A stretch of 24,048 bases of DNA from Chiloscyllium plagiosum. Lineage: Eukaryota. A program made the translations under genes and the position numbers. This document shows positions 18,162-24,048 of the stretch, piece by piece (the first letter of the stretch is position 1; the number at the start of each line of letters is the position of its first letter). The stretch is from contig NC_057718.1 in the NCBI RefSeq assembly GCF_004010195.1, positions 100,001,186 to 100,025,233 of the forward strand. Reading direction: 5' to 3'. The notes under the pieces were generated by a model. That model saw only the letters and a program-made list of their open reading frames with translations, was not told where the DNA came from and ran no database searches.

Positions 18162-18565
18162 AAGGAATTGTATCTGCATAGCACCTTTCCTTACCTCAAT
18201 CTGCCTGAAAGTGCTTTCCAGCCAACAAGCTATTTTGAAAGTATGTTTGCTGTTGTTGTCTAGGAAGCACAGGAAACCCCCCACAAACAGCAAAGTGATA
18301 ACGACCAGAGATTTTCTGATGTTGACTGAGGGGTAAATACCAATCAGAACATGGGGGAGAGCTCACTCGCTCATTCTTCCTCTTCCTCTTTAAGAGAGTG
18401 AGAGACATGTTAACAACCCATCTGAAAGAATGTGCTTCTGGCAGTGCAGCACTCCCTCAGCACTGCATTGCACTATCAACCCAGAACACAGTGCTCAATG
18501 CTCCAGAGTGGGACTTGAACCCACAACCTGGTCATGCAGGCCCCAGAGTGGAATCACTCAGTAGC
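18162..18565 (-). mobile_element. Deu-domain SINE (SacSINE1-like), old
   Basis: B box GGTTCAAGTCC (18511-18521, minus strand), then TGCAGTGCTGAGGGAGTGCTGCACTG, TATTTACCCCTCAGTCAACATCA and an L2-like tail GGTGCTATGCAGATACAA. Family identity is from memory. Confidence 0.7.
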
Positions 18566-18659
18566 TGGAGCTCTCTCAGTTCTGTGTAATTAAGACTCAC
18601 ATGATTATAGCTCCAAGCATCTAACACTGATTTCAAGGTATTTTCTAACCACACATCTC

Positions 18660-18722
18660 TGGAGTAGTGGGACGTGAACTTGGGTCTCTTGACTCCGAGG
18701 TAGGGACATTATTGTTGCACCA
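18660..18722 (-). mobile_element. Degenerate tRNA-derived SINE head
   Basis: Minus strand GTCCCTACCTCGGAGTCAAGAGACCCAAGTTCACGTCCCAC; similar to 4666-4727. Confidence 0.5.
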
Positions 18723-18770
18723 AAATCAGCTTCCAACTCTCTTCAGCTGTGTTATTTGGATTGCCTATTG

Positions 18771-21552
18771 GAACAAAGAACAAAGAAGAACAAAGAATCT
18801 TACAGCACAGGAACAGGCCCTTCGGCCCTCCAAGCCTGCGCTGATCCAGATTCTCTATCTAAACCTGTTGCCTATTTTTTAAGGATCTGTATCTCTCTGC
18901 TCCCTGCCCATTCATGTATCTGTCTAGATACATCTTAAATGGGGCTATCGTGCCTTTCCCTACCACCTCCGCTGGCAACCTGGTCCAGGTACCCACCACC
19001 CTCTGCATAAAGAACTTTACATGCATATCTCCCTTAAACTTTTCCCCTCTCACCTTGAAGTCATGACCCCGAGTAATTGTGTCCCCCTCTCTGGGAAAAA
19101 GCTTCTTGCTATCCACCCTGTAGGGTGGACCTCTCATGATTTTGTAGACTTCAATCAGGTCCCCCCTCAACCTCTATCTTTCTAATGAAAATAATCCTAA
19201 TCTACTCAACCTGTCCTTATAGCTAGCACCCTCCATACCAGACAACATCCTGATGATCCACCTCTGCACCCTCTTCTAAGCATCCACATCCTTTTGGTAA
19301 TGTGGCAACCGGAACTGTACGCAGTATTCCAAATTTGGCCGAACCAAAGTCCTATACAACTGTAACATTACCTGCCAACTCTTGTACTCAATACCCCATC
19401 TGAAGAAGGAAAACCTGTCTTCTTGACCACTCTATTGATCTGCGTAACCACCTTCAGGGTACAATGGACCTGAACACCCAGATCTCTCTGTACATCAATT
19501 TTCCCAAGACTTTTCCATTTACTGTGTATTTGCTCTTGAATTGGATCTTCCAAAATGCATCGCCTCACATTTACCCAGATTGAACTCCATCTGCTATTTC
19601 TCCACCCAACTCTCTAGTCTATCTATATTCTGCTGCATTCTCTGACAGTTCCCTTTACTATCTGCTACTCCACCAATCTTAGTGTCATCTGCAAACTTGC
19701 TATTGAGACCACCTATACCTTCTTCCAAATCATTTATGTATATCACAAACAATAGTGGTCCCAGAATGGATCCCTATGGAACACTATTGGTCACAGGTCT
19801 CCATTTTGAGAAACTCCCTTCCACTACTATTCTCTGTCTCCTGTTGCCCAGCCAGTTCTCTATCCATCTAGCTAGGACACCCTGGACCCCATGCAACTTC
19901 ATTCTCTCCATCAACCTACCATGTTGAATCTTATCAAACACCTTACTGGAGTCCATATATATGACATCTACAGCACTTCCCTCATCAATCAACTTTGTCA
20001 CTTCCTCAAAGAATTCTATTTAGATGGTAAGACATGATCTTCCCTGCACAAAACCATGTTGCCTATCACTGATAAGCCCATTTTCTACCAAATGTAAGTA
20101 GATCCTATCCCTCAGCATGTTCTCCAGCAGCTTCCATACCACTGACGTCAGGCTTACTGGCCTATAATTACCTGGACTATCCCTGCTACCCTTCTTAAAC
20201 ATTAGCAATTTGCCAGTCCCCCGTGTTCAAGGATGCTGCAAAGAAATCTGTTAAAGCCCCAGCTATTTCCCCTCTCACTTCCCTCAGTAACCTGGGATAG
20301 ATGCCATCCGGATATGGGGACTTGTCCACCTTAATGCCTTTTAGAATACCCAACATTTCCTCCCTCCTTATGCCGACTTGACCTAGAGTAATCAAATATC
20401 TATCCCTAAACTCATTATCCGTCATGTCCCTCTCCTCGGTGAATACTGACACCAAATACTCATTAAGAATCTTACCCATTTTCTCTGAGTCTACGCATAA
20501 CTTTCCTCCTTTGTCCTTATATAGGCCAACCCTTTGTCTAGTTATCCTCTTGCTCTTTATATATGAGTAACAGGCTTTGGAATTTTTCTTAACCCTATTT
20601 GCGAAAGATATTTCATGACCCGTTTCAGCCCTCTTAATTCCTCATTTCAGATTGGTCCTACTTTTCCGATATTCTTCCAAAGCTTCATCTGTTTTCTGTC
20701 ACCTAAACCTTACGATAGCTTCCCTTTCCCTCTTGGTGATCTCATAATTTCACTTGTCATCCATGGTTCCCTAATCTTGCCATTTCTATCCCTCATTTTC
20801 ACAGCGACATGTCTGGCCTGCACTCTAATAAAACTCTCTTTAAAAGCCTCCCACATATCAAATATGGAGTTATCTCCAAACAGCTGCTCCCAATCCACAT
20901 TCCCCAACTCCTGCGAATTTTGCTACAGTTGGCCTTCCCCCAATTTAGCACTCTTCCTTTAGGACCACTCTCATCTTTGTCCATGAGTATTGCAAAACCT
21001 ACGGAATTGTGATCACTATTCCCAAAATAATCCGCTACTGAAGCTTCACCCACCTGGCCGGGCTTATTTCCCAAAACTAGGTCCCAGTATGGCCCCTTCC
21101 TGAGTTGGACTACTTATATACTGCTCTAGAAAACCCTCCTGGTTGCTCCTTACAAATTCTGCTCCATCTGAACCTCAAACACTATGTGAATCCCAGTCAA
21201 TGTTGGGTAAATTAAAATCGCTTATCACCACCACACTGTTGCTCCTACATCTTTCCATGGTCTGTTCACATATTTGTACCTCTATCTCACACTCGCTGTT
21301 GGGAGGCCTGTAGTACAGCCCCAATATTGTTACCGCGCCCTTCCTATTTCTGAGTTCTGACCATATTGCCTCACTGCTGGAGTCCTGCATAGTGCCCTCC
21401 TTCAGCACAGCTGTGATATCCTCTCTGACCAGTAATGCAACTCCTCCAGCCCTTTAACCTCCCTCTCTATCCCGCCTGAAGCATCGATATTCTGGGGTAT
21501 TTAATTGCCAATCTTGCCCTTCCCTCAACCAAGTGTCAGTAATAGCAATAAC
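18771..21552 (-). mobile_element. CR1-clade (HER1-like) LINE of about 2.8 kb: disrupted ORF2 (APE endonuclease and RT) plus 3' UTR
   Basis: APE motifs VIAITDTWL, LGLYYRPPN, VVISDFNLPNIDW and GNSDHN. RT motifs KSPYPDGIYPR, PGNYRPVSLTS, QHGFVQGRSCLT, VDVIYMDSSKVFD, SVP*GSILGP (stop in PQG) and FADD at 19684-19695. (GAACAAA)n tail at 18771-18797. Confidence 0.97.
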
Positions 21553-22358
21553 AATAGCAATATCAGAAGGTCAAGGATTTGTGTCCAGGTACTGCATGAA
21601 TCCAGAAGTGAATTAACTCACTGACAGGCGACAAATGAAAGATCGGTTTGCAGGTTATACAGCATCTTACATGGTACGGCAGATTTAGGGAAGTAAAGAA
21701 CGATTTTGGAACAAACAAAGGTTAATCGTTTCATAATTGAAAATGTAAAGGTGAAAGAAAGGTCAGTAAGGCTGACGAAAAGTTTTCTGCTGTTTGTAAC
21801 GTGACCTTGCCACAAAACGTATAGAAAATGAAGACAAGGTTGAGAACGAGAGACAAACAGAATCACAAAAATACTGACTCAACAAAGAAAGTAGGTTTAA
21901 TAGAACAAACTGTCCCAGATCCATTCGAAAATAATAGCCATTTATGAACTTAAACTGACTGCAATGCTCTTTGAACCTGGAAACTAGCATTGCTGATTTC
22001 ATTTTACATTGCAAAGCAGAGGAAAGATTTGAGCCATTTTGATTCCTGTTTGTTGATCAGTTTCTGGGTGTGATTGATAATGTTAATAAAGCGTGCTACA
22101 TTAGCAGGCTGGTCCTCTATCATTAGGATCCATTGCTTAAGCAAATAATGATTTCAACGACAAAGCTGGAAGAAAGTATTATTCCTTGTGTCACACATAA
22201 TCCTGGGGCTGTGACAATATTCATCTTTTCTCATGAATTAAAGGTTTTAATTACTTCGCTCCAGGGACCATTTCGAATTTGCCGACTCCCTCCCCCTCTG
22301 CATTTCATCCTTCATTATTCTCTTTGACACTCTGCGGATATCTGTAACGTGTTGCTGA

Positions 22359-22523
22359 ATGCTAAGTTGCCACATAGTGTTCAGGGATGTGCAGGCTAGG
22401 TGGTTTGGCCATGGGAAATGCAAGTGTGGGGGTGAGATGGGTCTAGGTGGGATGCTTTCCAGAGGGTCGGTGTGGACCCTATGGGCCGAATGGCCTGCTT
22501 CCACACCGCAGGGATTCCGTGAC
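22359..22523 (+). mobile_element. HE1-like SINE 3' half
   Basis: GAGGGTCGGTGTGGACC..GGGCCGAATGGCCTGCTTCCACAC..GGGATTC tail. Confidence 0.85.
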
Positions 22524-22532
22524 AATCAAACC

Positions 22533-22645
22533 TTGATTTGATTTATTGTCGTCACATGTACTAAGTACAGTGAAAAGGTTCATTTTGATAGCAGTGAGGG
22601 CAAGTTACAACAAGCAAGGATGTTTAGATCATAAGGGTGCTTAGA
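22533..22645 (-). mobile_element. Rex1-type 3' tail fragment
   Basis: TTGATTTGATTTATTGTCGTCACATGTACTAAGTACAGTGAAAAG is similar to 1669-1713. Confidence 0.65.
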
Positions 22646-22657
22646 AGTCAAAATTAT

Positions 22658-23243
22658 AAGTCTGTAAGTTAGTTCGCTGAGCTGGAAGGTTTATTTTCAG
22701 ACGTTTTGTCACCATGACTAGGTAGCATCATCAGTGAGCATGTCCGATGAAGCGCTGGTGGTATGTCCCACTACTCTATTTATAGGTTTTGGTTTCTTAA
22801 GATGGGTGATAGGATACATGAACACCAACTGACCATCGAAAGACATGACCCACTCTCACTAGTTTCTATATATACAGACAAACAAGGACACCACTTTGAC
22901 TGGGACAACACACACATCCTGGGACAGGCAAAACAAGGGACATGCATGAGAATTCCTGGAGGCCTGGCCATTCTAACCAGAACTCCATCAATAAACACAT
23001 CAATTTAGATCCTATCGACTTTCCTTTAAAAAAAGCAGAATCGGAAATGATATCACCCACCTTAAGAAACCAAGACCTATCAGTAGAGAGGCGGAACATA
23101 CCACCAGCGCTTCACCAGAGACTCTCACTGATGATGTTACCTAATCATGGTGACGAAACATCTGAAAACAAATCTTCCAGCTCAGCGAGCTAACTTACAG
23201 ACGTATCATCAACCTGAGCTGCAAATCTTCTCAAAAAATCGCG
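22658..23243 (+). mobile_element. Penelope-like family B element with inverted arms
   Basis: RIHEHQLTIERHDPLSLVS...GHHFDWDNTHILGQAKQ is homologous to the ORF at 16262. Inverted arms at 22660-22810 and 23052-23202. TSD AGTCAAAATTAT at 22646-22657 and AGACAAAATTAT at 23244-23255. Confidence 0.92.
23125..23165 (+). ncRNA. Minimal hammerhead motif (PLE family B), core intact
   Basis: TCA-CTGATGA(23128-23134)-T-GTTACC-TAATCAT-GGTGAC-GAAA-C-ATC-TGA, with an AUC triplet. The antisense copy at about 22697-22737 has GAAA mutated to AAAA. Confidence 0.75.
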
Positions 23244-23320
23244 AGACAAAATTATTCCTATTCTGTTCTGAGCATATACCTCCTCTAACTTATTCACATT
23301 TTAACGTACCAGAGGTCAAT

Positions 23321-23669
23321 GAAAAGAAGATTTATGAGGATGTTGCCAGGATAGTAGGCCTGAGTTCCAGGGAGAGGTTAGTCAGGATAGACCTGTATTC
23401 CTTGGAATGTAGGAGAATGATGGAGAACCTTACTGAGGCTTATAAAATCATGAGGTACATAGATAACGCATGTAATTTTTATTTCACTAATGGGAATTGA
23501 AAACTAGACAGCATAGGTTAAAGGTGAGAGGGGAAAGATTTAAGAAGGACCTGAGGGGCAACCTCTTCACACAGTGAGTGGTGCATATATGGGAGGGGCT
23601 GCCACAGAAAATGGTTGAGGCAGGTGCAATAGCAACATTTAAAAACATTGGTACATGGATGGGAGAGGT
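23321..23669 (+). mobile_element. CR1 3' fragment
   Basis: RFMRMLPG, ERLVRIDLYSLECRRMMENLTEAYKIMR, and GGTTAAAGGTGAGAGGGGAAAGATTTAAG. Confidence 0.88.
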
Positions 23670-24048
23670 TAGAACATAGAACATAGAACATAGAACAATA
23701 CAGCACAGAACAGGCCCTTCGGCCCACGATGTTGTGCCGAACATTTGTCCTAGTTTAAGCACCCATCCGTGTACCTATCCAATTGCCGCTTAAAGGTCAC
23801 CAATATTCTGACTCTACCACTCCCACAGGCAGCGCATTCCATGCCCCCACCACTCTCTGGGTAAAGAACCCACCCCTGACATCTCCCCTATACCTTCCAC
23901 CCTTCACCATAATGTTATGTCCCCTTGTAACACTCTGTTGCACCCGGGGAAAAAGTTTCTGACTGTCTACTCTACCTATTCCTCTGATCATCTTATAAAC
24001 CTCTATCAAGTCACCCCTCATCCTTCACCGTTCCAACGAGAAAAGGCC
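23670..24048 (-). mobile_element. CR1 3' end with a (TAGAACA)4 tail; runs off the window end
   Basis: ORF MRGDLIEVYKMIRG..RVDSQKLFPR..TRGH..FFTQRVVGAWNALP; perfect 7-mer tail at 23670-23697. Confidence 0.95.

Noticed and set aside
18771..21552. Active LINE or domesticated RT gene
   Set aside because: 5'-truncated, with a stop in the PQG motif and multiple frameshifts and deletions.
21615..21782. Minus-strand exon between CTTTTCGTCAG and GTGAGT
   Set aside because: The open frame gives a Phe/Leu/Thr-biased peptide with no recognisable similarity, so it cannot be supported without RNA data.

Overview
Eukaryotic, non-coding, transposon-dominated DNA, almost certainly from a cartilaginous fish (shark). 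The organism call is inferred from HE1-like V-SINEs that share their 3' end with HER1/CR1-type LINEs. I can support no host protein-coding exon, rRNA, true tRNA gene or CRISPR array. Every ORF I can recognise is a decayed retroelement piece: CR1 endonuclease/RT, Rex1/Babar RT, or Penelope GIY-YIG. The window holds about 12 CR1 fragments (the longest about 2.8 kb), one Rex1/Babar and one L2 fragment, six HE1-like SINEs, other tRNA-derived SINEs, and seven Penelope-like (PLE) insertions from two families, many of them nested with visible target-site duplications (TSDs). Most notable observations: (1) both PLE families carry minimal type-I hammerhead ribozyme motifs (9 motif copies, 4 with intact core nucleotides), and one family carries them in inverted terminal arms; (2) a roughly 870-bp composite element combines a VNTR core with a Rex1-like 3' tail, an SVA-like architecture; (3) a roughly 670-bp CR1 fold-back palindrome; (4) several repeat-free islands with enhancer-like motif clusters. 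Boundaries were read by eye and are approximate unless a TSD is given. Family names come from recalled consensus features, not from database searches.
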